A stretch of DNA of 64,000 bases from an uncultured Planctomycetota bacterium. GTDB lineage: Bacteria; Planctomycetota; Planctomycetia; Pirellulales; Lacipirellulaceae. The stretch lies in the NCBI GenBank assembly GCA_963719315.1, contig CAVRBU010000001.1:160001-224000 (forward strand). The letters run 5' to 3'. Under the pieces are notes generated by a model. That model saw only the letters and a program-made list of their open reading frames with translations, searched no databases and was not told the origin of the DNA. This document shows positions 21,256-31,025 of this stretch, one piece after another (the first letter of the stretch is position 1; each line of letters begins with the position of its first letter). The position numbers were made by a program, and so were the translations under genes.

Positions 21256-23829
21256 ATGCGAATCCTGCTATTAACGCAATACTATCCGCCCGAGCCCGTG
21301 TTGAAATTCGCGGACCTTGCCGCGGGCTGCACGAACGTGGACACGAAGTGCAAGTCATTACGGGGTTTCCGTGTTATCCGGCTGGTGAAACGTATGCAGG
21401 TTATCGCCAACGACTGTACGACGAGCGGCAAGTCGACGGCGTGCTGGTCACGCGGCTGCCGCAGTTCACGGATCATAGCCGCTCGATCGTTCGAAGGGCG
21501 CTGTATTATCTTTCCTTCGCGCTAAGTGTGACGACAATCGGCCTGTGGCGGATGCGGCGGGCCGACGTGATTCTGGTGTATCAGTCCGCCCTGCCGACTG
21601 CACTCGCCGCCTGGTTCATGAGCCGCGCAAAGCGCGTGCCGTACGTGCTCGACGTGGCCGATCTATGGCCAGAAAGCGTCGCCGCTTCCGGCATGTTGCG
21701 CCACCCGATGTTGCTCGGCATCATCCGAGCGTGTATGCAGTTCGCGTATCGCGGCGCCGCACGAATCGTCGTCATCACCGAAGGGTATCGCGATCGCCTT
21801 TTGGCGCTCGGGGTTCCTCGCGACAAACTTGCACTCATTCATTATTGGGTCCCTACGGGCCAGTTTGACCCATTGCCGAGCGACGAAGAATTCGCCCGCG
21901 ATAAAGGTCTGCACGGGCGATTCAATGTGTTATACAGCGGCACCATGGGGCCGGTACAGGACTTGTCCGCCGTGATCGAAGCGGCGGCGCTTGTGGCCGA
22001 GGAACTGCCGCAAGTGCAGTTTGTGATGGTTGGCGACGGTTTGGAATATGAGTCGCTTGTGGCGCTTGCGGAACAACGCGGTGCATCGAACGTTCGATTT
22101 TTGGGCAGGCGGTCGCCCGCAGAGGTCCAACGGCTCTCTGCGGCCGCACACGTATTGTTAGTCCATTTGAAGCCGGATGAATTGACGCGCATTTCCATTC
22201 CATCGAAGACGTTCGCGTGCTTTGCCAGCGGACGTCCGATTTTGATGGCGGTCGAAGGCGAATCGAGCCGACTTGTCGAAAAACTTGGTTGCGGGATCGT
22301 GGCTACACCATCGAACCCGCTTGCATTGGCTGACGCCGTTCACAAATTGGTAGCAATGTCGGAGGGCGATCGCGAGCGCATGGCACAGGCGGGTCGGAAG
22401 GCCCACCGCGAGAATTACTGCTCTGAAGTGCAAGTACCAAAATTCGAGCAGTTGTTGAGTGAAACGGTAAGCACGGCGGGGCGTTTGCGATTGAACGACG
22501 CGCCCAAACGCCGATTGAAACGACGGGTCTATCGACGCGGCGGAAAGCGGCTGGCCGATCTCTTGATTGCGCTGCCGATGTTGGTCATCGCCGGTCCGCT
22601 GATGTTGATCATCGCCCTTGCCGTGCGTCTGAATCTCGGTGCGCCAGTGCTGTTCGCGCAAGATCGTCCCGGCATCAATGGCCGGTTATTCAAACTTTAC
22701 AAATTTCGCACGATGCGCGATGTACGCGACGCGGCTGGCTATCAACTTTCCGATTCACTGCGGCTGACGCGGTTCGGCCGCTTCCTCCGGGCAACAAGCC
22801 TCGACGAGCTGCCCGAGCTGTGGAACGTGTTGCGCGGCGAGATGAGCCTTGTCGGCCCGCGGCCTCTGCTGCCCGAATACCTCAAGCTGTACACGGCTCG
22901 CCATGCCCGTCGGCACGAAGTCCGGCCGGGGATCACCGGTTGGGCTCAGGTCAATGGGCGTAACAGTCTCGCGTGGGAAGAACGATTTAAGCGCGATGTG
23001 TGGTACGTAGACAACTGCAGTTTGTGGTTGGATATGAGGATTCTATTGGAAACGCTGTGGCAAGTCATTCGCCGCCGCGGCATCACATCGCCCGGACACG
23101 TAACCGCCGAGCCATTCACCGGGAGACAAACTCAGCACAAGTCGTCAGTGCGAGGAGCAGCTAAAGCCCGTGAAAAATCGATCATCGTTCTCGGTGCGGG
23201 TGGACACGCCAAAGTCGTGATCAGCACGTTGCGCACCGCAAGATGGGACGTTGAAGCCGTGTACGACGATGATGTGACAAAGCACGGCCTGCAAATACTA
23301 GGCGTCGAAATCCGCGGCTCCATCGCGGAGCTCGACCCGCAAGCATGCGGAACTGCGGTGATCGCGGTTGGCGACGCCCAGCGTCGGCGGGCGATTGCGG
23401 GGCGGTTTGCGTTCAATTGGGCGACGATCGTCCATCCGTTCGCTTGGGTTGATCCATTCGCAAAGCTGGGTCCCGGAGTAGTTGTGTGCGCAGGGCGCGG
23501 TGATTCAACCCGGATGTCAAATCGGTCGCCACGCGATCATCAATACGCTCGCCGGAGTAGACCACGATTGCCGAATCGGCGACTTTACACACATTGGCCC
23601 CGGAGCGCATTTAGCCGGTGGGGTTGTAGTCGGCGCCGAGTCGCTCGTTGGCGCAGGCGCGAGTGCGATTCCGGGCGTTCATATCGGCGATCGGACGATC
23701 GCCGGGGCGGGCGCCACCATCATAGACGACCTACCAAACGGCGTTGTCGCCGTCGGTTGCCCGGCCAGAGCTATTAACGACTCGTCGCCCGATGCAATCG
23801 AGGTGCCGCCCGTTTGCCACGCTTATTGA
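21256..23829 (+). CDS. Fusion: GT4 (WbuB-like) + PglC-type phosphoglycosyltransferase + PglD-type hexapeptide acetyltransferase (frameshifts ~21325 and ~23494)
   Basis: [23 protein letters not shown]; then [49 protein letters not shown]; then [17 protein letters not shown]...DHDC, VGCPAR. Confidence 0.85.
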
Positions 23830-23841
23830 CCCAGGTCTTGC

Positions 23842-25085
23842 ATGACGACAGTCACATCGGAAATCGCGTCGCACAAGCAATCGAACGAGCCACTACCAGG
23901 TTGGCCCGACCTCGACGAAGAGATGATCGACGCGGCCGCGCGAGTGCTACGGTCCGGCAAATTGAATTATTGGACGGGCACGGAAGGCCGCCAATTTGAG
24001 CGAGAATTGGCCGATTACGTGGGCTGCGACTTCGCGGTGGCGGTGTCCACCGGCACCGTAGCGCTCGAATTGGCACTCCTATCCCTGGGCGTCGGGCCAG
24101 GCGATGATGTGATTGTGCCCAGCCGCACGTTTGTGGCGACGGCGTCTGCCGTTTCGCGATGCGGTGCCATGCCGGTGTTTGCGGATGTCGATCGCGATTC
24201 GCAGAACATCACGGCAAGTGCCATTCGCGACCAATTGAGCGAGCGCACGCGGGCAGTGATCGTCGTACACTTGGCCGGCTGGCCGTGCGACATGGATCCA
24301 ATCGTAGAACTGGCACACGCACAAAACTTATTGGTTATCGAAGACTGTGCTCAATCTCACGGGGCCCGCTACAAAGGCCAGCCGATCGGCTCGCTGGGGG
24401 ATGTGGCGGCGTTTTCGTTTTGCCAGGACAAGATCATGACCACCGCCGGCGAAGGCGGCATGGTCGTCACGAATCGTCACGATATTTGGCAGCGAGCCTG
24501 GAGCTTCAAAGATCATGGCAAGAATTACGAAGCGGCGCACGCGCCCGCAAGCCCGGCTGGCTTTCGTTGGCTCCATGACTCAATTGGCACCAATTGGCGG
24601 CTTACGGAAGTTCAGTCCGCGATCGGCCGCGTTGCCCTGCGGCGATTGGATGCATGGGTCGAGAAACGCCGACGCCATGCGGCGATCCTGAATGACGAGT
24701 TGAATTCACTCGAGGCACTTCGCATTGCAACACCGCCGGACGACACACGGCATTCTTACTACAAGTGGTATGCATCTGTGCGCCCGACCGGTTGGCCGAC
24801 GGTTGGACGCGAGATCGCGTCGTCGATGAAATCAATCGCCGTGGTGTGCCTTGTTTCAGTGGCTCGTGCAGCGAGGTGTACCTGGAAAAAGCGTTTGATG
24901 ACTCCCTGCGTCCACTCATGCGGCACGCCGTGGCCCGCGAATTGGGCGAAACTAGCCTGATGCTGCTGGTGCATCCAACTTTGGCGGAACGTCACATTCG
25001 TACGGCTGCGGATATTGTGAAAGCATTGTTGTTGCAAGCAACGCGAATGGAGCTAGGGCATATCGATCAGCGAGTGGCCGCATGA
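23842..25085 (+). CDS. DegT/DnrJ/EryC1/StrS aminotransferase (PglE-like; frameshift ~24785)
   Basis: GTVALELAL, EDCAQSHGA, FSFCQDKIMTTAGEGG, GTNWRLTEVQ; C-terminus GSCSEVYLEKAF..LVHPTL in ORF 24765..25085. Confidence 0.9.
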
Positions 25086-25199
25086 CTGCGCCGACATTGG
25101 AAACAAAGTCAGCATCGAATTGCTCTTGCCGTAAAGTTCCGCCTTTACCTAGTATCTCGTCACCAATTTCCGTATCGACGCCTCTCGATAACGGCATTC

Positions 25200-25850
25200 A
25201 TGCCCCGCACTTTTCGCCATTGGACGCCGCGTTACATCGTCAATAGATTGGCGCTCGCCTATCAGCAGCGCGTGTCGCCATTCGAGCCGTGGCTCACCAA
25301 AACGGCGTGTGCGTTTCTCGACGATTGGCTTAAGCCGACGGATATCGGCTTTGAGTGGGGATGCGGTCGATCCACACTTTGGTTCGCAGCGCGGGTGAAG
25401 CGGCTGACCAGCATCGAACACAACGCCGAGTGGTACAATCGCGTTCGCTTGGGGTTGACTGCTGAAAACCGTTTGAACGTTGACTTACGTCTGATTCCGA
25501 CGGGCTCGAATTGCCGCGGTGCAAATGATTCTTACGTCAGCATCGCACGCGATTTCGAAAATGAAAGCTTGGACTTTGTACTTGTCGATGGTCAATTTCG
25601 CAGTCAATGCGCTCAAGCCGCTGTGCCGCTCGTTAAGCCAGGAGGCATTCTCATTATCGACAACGCAAATTGGTTTATTCCTCATGATACGTTCTCGCCC
25701 GGCGCAGCGACGCAAGCTGGCGGAGCTGCTACTTCCGAGTGGAAGCCGGCTCTTAGCGAGCTTCGCAACTGGCGTTTGGTTTGGACATCGAACGGTGTGA
25801 CGGACACGGCGATCTACTGCAAGCCGGCCCAGTGTGCCACATCGACGTAA
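25200..25850 (+). CDS. Class I SAM-dependent methyltransferase
   Basis: FEWGCGRSTLWF, SIEH, DFVLVDG, VKPGGILIIDN. Confidence 0.8.
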   Translation: MPRTFRHWTPRYIVNRLALAYQQRVSPFEPWLTKTACAFLDDWLKPTDIGFEWGCGRSTLWFAARVKRLTSIEHNAEWYNRVRLGLTAENRLNVDLRLIPTGSNCRGANDSYVSIARDFENESLDFVLVDGQFRSQCAQAAVPLVKPGGILIIDNANWFIPHDTFSPGAATQAGGAATSEWKPALSELRNWRLVWTSNGVTDTAIYCKPAQCATST

Positions 25851-25870
25851 TATCAGAGGCGATTTGTGCA

Positions 25871-27268
25871 ATGGATATTCGTTTGACGCCGGCGGCTTGC
25901 AAAGCCTGGGCCGTTGCCACGGCCACACGAAGTCTGAAGTTGTCGCAACTCGAGAATCGGCTGCTCGGCGGTGTGTATTGGACACTTGTCGGCACGGCTG
26001 CTGCCCGCGGCGCAACGCTCGTCGCCTCTCTCGTGATGGCGCGCTTGCTCGGCCGAGCAAACTTCGGCGAGTTTGGCGCCATCGACAGCACGATCGGCAT
26101 GTTTGCGGTGTTCGGCAATCTCGGTCTGTCGTTGTCGGCGATCAAGTTTGTGACAAAGTATCGGCACAGCGACCCGGCACGAGCGGGTCGTATCTTGGCC
26201 CTCTGCTATGCGTTTTCGGTTGTTGCTGGAATCGTGGCGGCCGGCGCGATGATCATCGCCGCGCCTTGGCTGGCCAGCGGCGCATTGGCGTCGCCGGGGC
26301 TGGCGATTGATTTACAACTCGCGTCTTTCGTGCTCCTGCTAAGCGCCCTCAACGGCACGCTGAACGGAGTAATGCTCGGACTGCAAGCTTTTCGAGCGAA
26401 TGGCTGGATGAATGTGATTGTCGGTTTGGTGTCGTTTCCGGTCCTGGTCACTGGTGCGTTCGTAGCTGGAATCCGCGGCGCGGTGGTTGGATTAGTCGTC
26501 GTTCAAGCAGTCACGGCAGTCGCGATGGTGTTGGCATTGCGACCGATCTCAAAACGACATGGCCTGCGGCCCATCTGGCACGGTTGCTTCGGAGAGTGCC
26601 GAACACTGCTTGGTTTTTCTTTGCCAGCGCTACTGAATTCGTCGCTTATCGCGCCAGTAAATTGGTTGCTCGTCATGCTGCTGGTGAATTACGGCGGGGG
26701 TTATTCCGAGCTTGGGCTGTTTCAGGTCGCCAACAACTGGTTTCTGGTCCTGCTTTTTATTCCGGGAAAATTGTCGCAGGTTTATTACCCGCTCCTCGAA
26801 GATTTAATGGCCCACGGAGAGCCCACTCAAGCCCGCACATTCGTTTGGAAGTTAATGCGATTGAACTTCGTCGTGTTCGGCGCGTTCGCCCTGGGGCTGA
26901 CAGTTGTGTCGCGATACATCTTGCAATGCTACGGACCGGAGTTCGTCGCCGCCCGGCCCGCTTTGGTGATGACAATGTGGACAGCCGTGTGCGTTGCCGT
27001 GAACCAACCACTGACCGCATTCGGCTTCGCTCACTCGCGCATGCGGCAAGTGACGCTGTGCAGCTTGTGCTGGGCGACTGTGAGCATCACCGCATTTATC
27101 GAACTGCGCAACCATGGTGCAGCTGGCGCCGCCGCAGCACGGCTTCTTGGCTATTGCGTGTACACCCTGTTAATGGCTGGCGTCGTGCTGTGGCTGATGG
27201 ATCGCAGCGGAGAACACATCGCAACCTCTACGACGCAGTTACCCTGGCCAACCCCGAAGGCGGCCTGA
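25871..27268 (+). CDS. wzx: Oligosaccharide flippase
   Basis: ARLLGRANFGEF, many TM helices, ELGLFQVA, YGPEF; cluster context. Confidence 0.8.
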   Translation: MDIRLTPAACKAWAVATATRSLKLSQLENRLLGGVYWTLVGTAAARGATLVASLVMARLLGRANFGEFGAIDSTIGMFAVFGNLGLSLSAIKFVTKYRHSDPARAGRILALCYAFSVVAGIVAAGAMIIAAPWLASGALASPGLAIDLQLASFVLLLSALNGTLNGVMLGLQAFRANGWMNVIVGLVSFPVLVTGAFVAGIRGAVVGLVVVQAVTAVAMVLALRPISKRHGLRPIWHGCFGECRTLLGFSLPALLNSSLIAPVNWLLVMLLVNYGGGYSELGLFQVANNWFLVLLFIPGKLSQVYYPLLEDLMAHGEPTQARTFVWKLMRLNFVVFGAFALGLTVVSRYILQCYGPEFVAARPALVMTMWTAVCVAVNQPLTAFGFAHSRMRQVTLCSLCWATVSITAFIELRNHGAAGAAAARLLGYCVYTLLMAGVVLWLMDRSGEHIATSTTQLPWPTPKAA

Positions 27269-27276
27269 AACCTCGA

Positions 27277-28611
27277 ATGAATCCACCTCTTACCAATTCG
27301 ATGGGTTTTACAGCCGTGTCCGATACCCAAGGGCGGGACGACTTCGCGCTGCTACTGGCGATTGCCTGCGCGTTTTGCTACGTGCTTCGCCAATCTTTGC
27401 TTCCAAGCGTATTCAGCAATCCGTACATCGATCTTTTGGCGCCACTCACGATCTTGATGTTGGTGCTGGCGGCCGCATATGTAGCCACAACCGGCGTTGG
27501 GAAAATCAACTGGAGTGGGCTACTGCTAATTGTGGTGACAGGCATCAGTCTCATTCATTGTGAACGTTTTAATTTTGCGTTGCCTCGCTGGATTGGCTGG
27601 GTGGTGCTGCTCATTGCGCTCGGACCGATTAACTCGACAGTGCGAGCTCGCTATCTGCGCAGCCGAATGCTCGCGGTGCTCAACAGCGCGTTCGTCTCAA
27701 TCAGCTTTTTGTCATCGTTATGGTGGGCGGCCGGAATGCCTAACTTGGGCCGCGGCGATTTCACGGGTGTCATGGGGCACTCGATGATCTTAGGGCCGAT
27801 CGCTGGATATGTCGCCGTGTTATCACTTGTGCGCTTGATGTCGCGCGGATCGCTGCTGTGGATCATCCCACTTGCGAATGCGTGGTTCGTCGCAATGCTT
27901 GCTTCGTCGCGATCGGCTCTGGCGGCGGCCGCGTTCGGTACATTTGTCATCATCACGCTCAACTTAAGGCGGCATATCTTGCTGACGTCGGCCATTCTTG
28001 CCGCCACGACGGCGCTGGCGATCGCGCCTGATACCTCACTCACTCTTGTCGCGCAGTTCCTGCCGAACTCTATGACAGAAGGCCTCGCCAACAAAAGTTG
28101 GAACAACAGTCGCGAGATGCATTGGAATGCGCGTTGGGAAGAGTTTCTATCGTCGCCTATCGCCGGCGTAGGCTTTGCCAGCGCCTGGGATGGAGCGGCC
28201 GGTGTCGATGAAGAAACGGGCTCCGTCGAACCCGGATCGAGTTACATCGCAATCCTTTCCATGACAGGTTGCATCGGCGTCGCGGCCAGTGTGGCATTTG
28301 CGTTATCATTCATCTACCGAGTGCTCCGCAGTTGGCACAAAATTGCGAGTTCCAATCGGCTTTGCATTGGCGGGCTAGCCGCGTTTTGGTTTGTACACTT
28401 AGGGGCCGAAGGATATGTCTATGCCGTGGGCTCACTGCTGAGCGTTACGTTGTGGTTGTGGCTCGGATGTCTCAACGACGACCTCTGCGCTTTGGGTCGC
28501 ACGACGACTCGATCAAAAAACACGTTAGCAATAGGTCCACAAAACGTAATTCGACGCGTCCCGGGATTGCCGCTACGATTGCGACCGACAATTCGAGGAA
28601 TCAACTCTTGA
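27277..28611 (+). CDS. O-antigen polymerase/ligase family membrane protein (Wzy-like)
   Basis: Multiple TM helices, ASSRSAL, SPIAGVGF, EPGSSY..ILS.TG. Confidence 0.7.
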   Translation: MNPPLTNSMGFTAVSDTQGRDDFALLLAIACAFCYVLRQSLLPSVFSNPYIDLLAPLTILMLVLAAAYVATTGVGKINWSGLLLIVVTGISLIHCERFNFALPRWIGWVVLLIALGPINSTVRARYLRSRMLAVLNSAFVSISFLSSLWWAAGMPNLGRGDFTGVMGHSMILGPIAGYVAVLSLVRLMSRGSLLWIIPLANAWFVAMLASSRSALAAAAFGTFVIITLNLRRHILLTSAILAATTALAIAPDTSLTLVAQFLPNSMTEGLANKSWNNSREMHWNARWEEFLSSPIAGVGFASAWDGAAGVDEETGSVEPGSSYIAILSMTGCIGVAASVAFALSFIYRVLRSWHKIASSNRLCIGGLAAFWFVHLGAEGYVYAVGSLLSVTLWLWLGCLNDDLCALGRTTTRSKNTLAIGPQNVIRRVPGLPLRLRPTIRGINS

Positions 28612-29766
28612 ATGTAGCCATCTGGGCAAACTCGCCGAGCCTGCATCAGGCCGATTTTTACGCCGCCCTGCGGCGGCGCCAAATCGACCTTCGCGTGTTC
28701 TATCTTGATCACGTGTCTGAATCACGGCGAGCACTGGGTTGGAGTGAGCCGAAGCATCTTTCTGAAGGCGAATCAATCCTCCATACTAAGGCCGATCCGT
28801 TTGCCGAACTCCCGGATTGGCGCGACCGCGTGCATGTAATTCCCGGCTATAGCCGTCGCGAATACCGCCGGTTGGCGGTCCGGTTTTCCGCGGCGGGTGT
28901 GCCCTGGGTGCACTGGAGCGAGTGCTCGCGGCCCGTTTGGCGAGCGTATGTCACTTGGACGGTCAAGCGATGGTACGCGGCACTGGTCAATCGTTTTGCG
29001 CTAGGTGCGTTCGCTCAGGGTGTCATGGCCGTTCACGATTTCCAGCGCTGGGGCATCCGAGCGGAGAAGATCGCCCAATTGTATTATGCGGTGGATGGTG
29101 GGCTGCCGAACCTAGCGGCGGACGAGGCGACAGAACGCTTCATCGCCGGCCGCACGGCATTCGTATTCGTCGGCTCACTCTGCCAACGCAAAGCGTGCGA
29201 CGTTCTCCTGAGATCTTTCGCTGATGTAAGCGCGGAACAAGAAAGACTCGCGCTAGTGATGGTAGGCGATGGTCCCCGGGGCGGACGATATCGCGCTAGC
29301 CGAGAAACTGCACTTGACAGACCGCGTGCTATTTCGTGGCGCGCTTCCAACAGATGCTGTTGGATCCGTGCTGCGCTGTGGTCACGTTCTGGTGCTGCCC
29401 AGCCGCTTCGACGGCTGGGGCGTCGTAGTCAACGAAGGTGCTGCCGCTGGACTGGCGCTGATCGCTACCGATCGAGTCGGCGCGGCGTACCACATTCTGG
29501 AGCCAGGATTGAACGGTTTTCGCGTTAGGGCTGGAAGCCGCGCCTCGCTTGCGGCGGCAATGCGCGCTTACGCACGCGATCCCGCGCTGGCGATTGAGCA
29601 TGGACTGAATGCGCGAAGCAGGTTTCAGCAGTTTACGCCAGATGCCGGGGCCGCGCAATTCGAAGTGTCGATTCGCGGTTGGCTCGCCTCGTCGCCGGTC
29701 TGGAATAACTGGCAGCAAATGTGGAACTGTAAGCCAATCGGAATGACAGCTCGTGCCGTTGCATAG
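28608..29766 (+). CDS. GT4 glycosyltransferase (frameshift ~29290)
   Basis: FVFVGSLCQRK, VGDGP, then LVLPSRFDGWGVVVNE in ORF 29269..29766. Confidence 0.8.
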
Positions 29767-29818
29767 ATGGCACCAATTCGGTCACCGTCCGACAGAAACG
29801 CTGGCGTCATTTGTTGCC

Positions 29819-31016
29819 ATGAGTCATCGATCAAGAGTATTGACGCTGTCGCCCCACTACTTGCCCGGTTTCAAAGCCGGCGGACCAATCCGGAGCGTCG
29901 CAAACCTCGTCGCGCGACTGCACGACGAGTTCGACTTTCATATCCTCACGCGCGACCGGGACTTGGGCGACTGCCAGTCGTATCCTTGCCTTGGCGGTAA
30001 TAAGACGAGGCGGGTCGGACCCGCACTCGTCACTTACTTGCGGCCATCGTATGCGACGCTCGCTCGGTTTGCCCGCGCAATGCGCGATGATCGTCCGGAC
30101 CTGGTATACATGAATTCGTTCTTCGACCCTCAATGGTGCCTGGTCCCGCTCCTTTCAATGTGTTGTGGGCTCCTGCCGCGAACGCCAATCATTGTGGCGC
30201 GCGCGGTCAGTTTGGCGCCGGCGCGCTGCAGTTCAATCGGCTGCGTAAACAGTCGTACGTCGCCGTCGTCAAATCGCTCGGACTCGTGCGCCGCGTGATT
30301 TGGCAGGCCACCAATGAGTCCGAACAATGCGATATTAGGCGCGTAGTCGGGCGAAACGCGAATACCGTGGTAGCGCCCAACCTCACCGACTTTCCTCATC
30401 CCCTGCAGCCGCGCGAGCCAAAGCAGCCGGGACGACTCAATCTGTGTTGCTGCGCCGAGTACTGCCCATGAAAAATGTGTACGGCGCGATCGAGTTGCTG
30501 CAGCACGTTGCCGGTCGTGTTACGTTCGACATCTGGGGTCCAATCGAGGATTCCGCATACCAGTTGCGATGTCAACAATTGGCCAGTGGATTGCCGGAAA
30601 ATATCCAAGTCCGCTGGTGTGGCGTCATTCAGCCGCAGTGTGTCGGAAATGTGATGTCGCGCTACGATGCAATGCTACTTCCAACATTCGGTGAAAACTT
30701 CGGTCACGCCATTGTGGAAGCGCTATCGGCTGGGTGCCCCGTGGTGATTAGCGATCGTACACCGTGGCGTGGACTTGAAAAGGCTGGCGTGGGGTGGGAC
30801 CTACCGCTCGATTGTCCGGGAACCTTTCATCAAGCGTTTGCTACGCTTACCCGTATGGACGAACGGGAGCATTCGATTATGCGAACGCGGGTCGTTCAGT
30901 ATGCGACGAACGCTGTTTGCTCGTCCGAGCACCTGGACGCGTACCGGCGGCTGTTCCATAGGGCGATGGAAATGGGGGGCCGCTTACGAGCGGCCGGCTT
31001 GCAGCAGGCTGCGTGA
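29819..31016 (+). CDS. GT4 glycosyltransferase (frameshifts ~30200 and ~30445)
   Basis: YLPGFKAGGPIRS, TRDRD, NSFF, RGQF; then WGPIED, LPTFGENFGHAIVEAL, SDRTPW. Confidence 0.8.
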
Positions 31017-31025
31017 GGTGCGATC

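Noticed and set aside
9060..31016. EPS cluster as a mobile island
   Set aside because: No integrase, transposase, tRNA or flanking direct repeats, and it carries the same repeat families as the rest of the window
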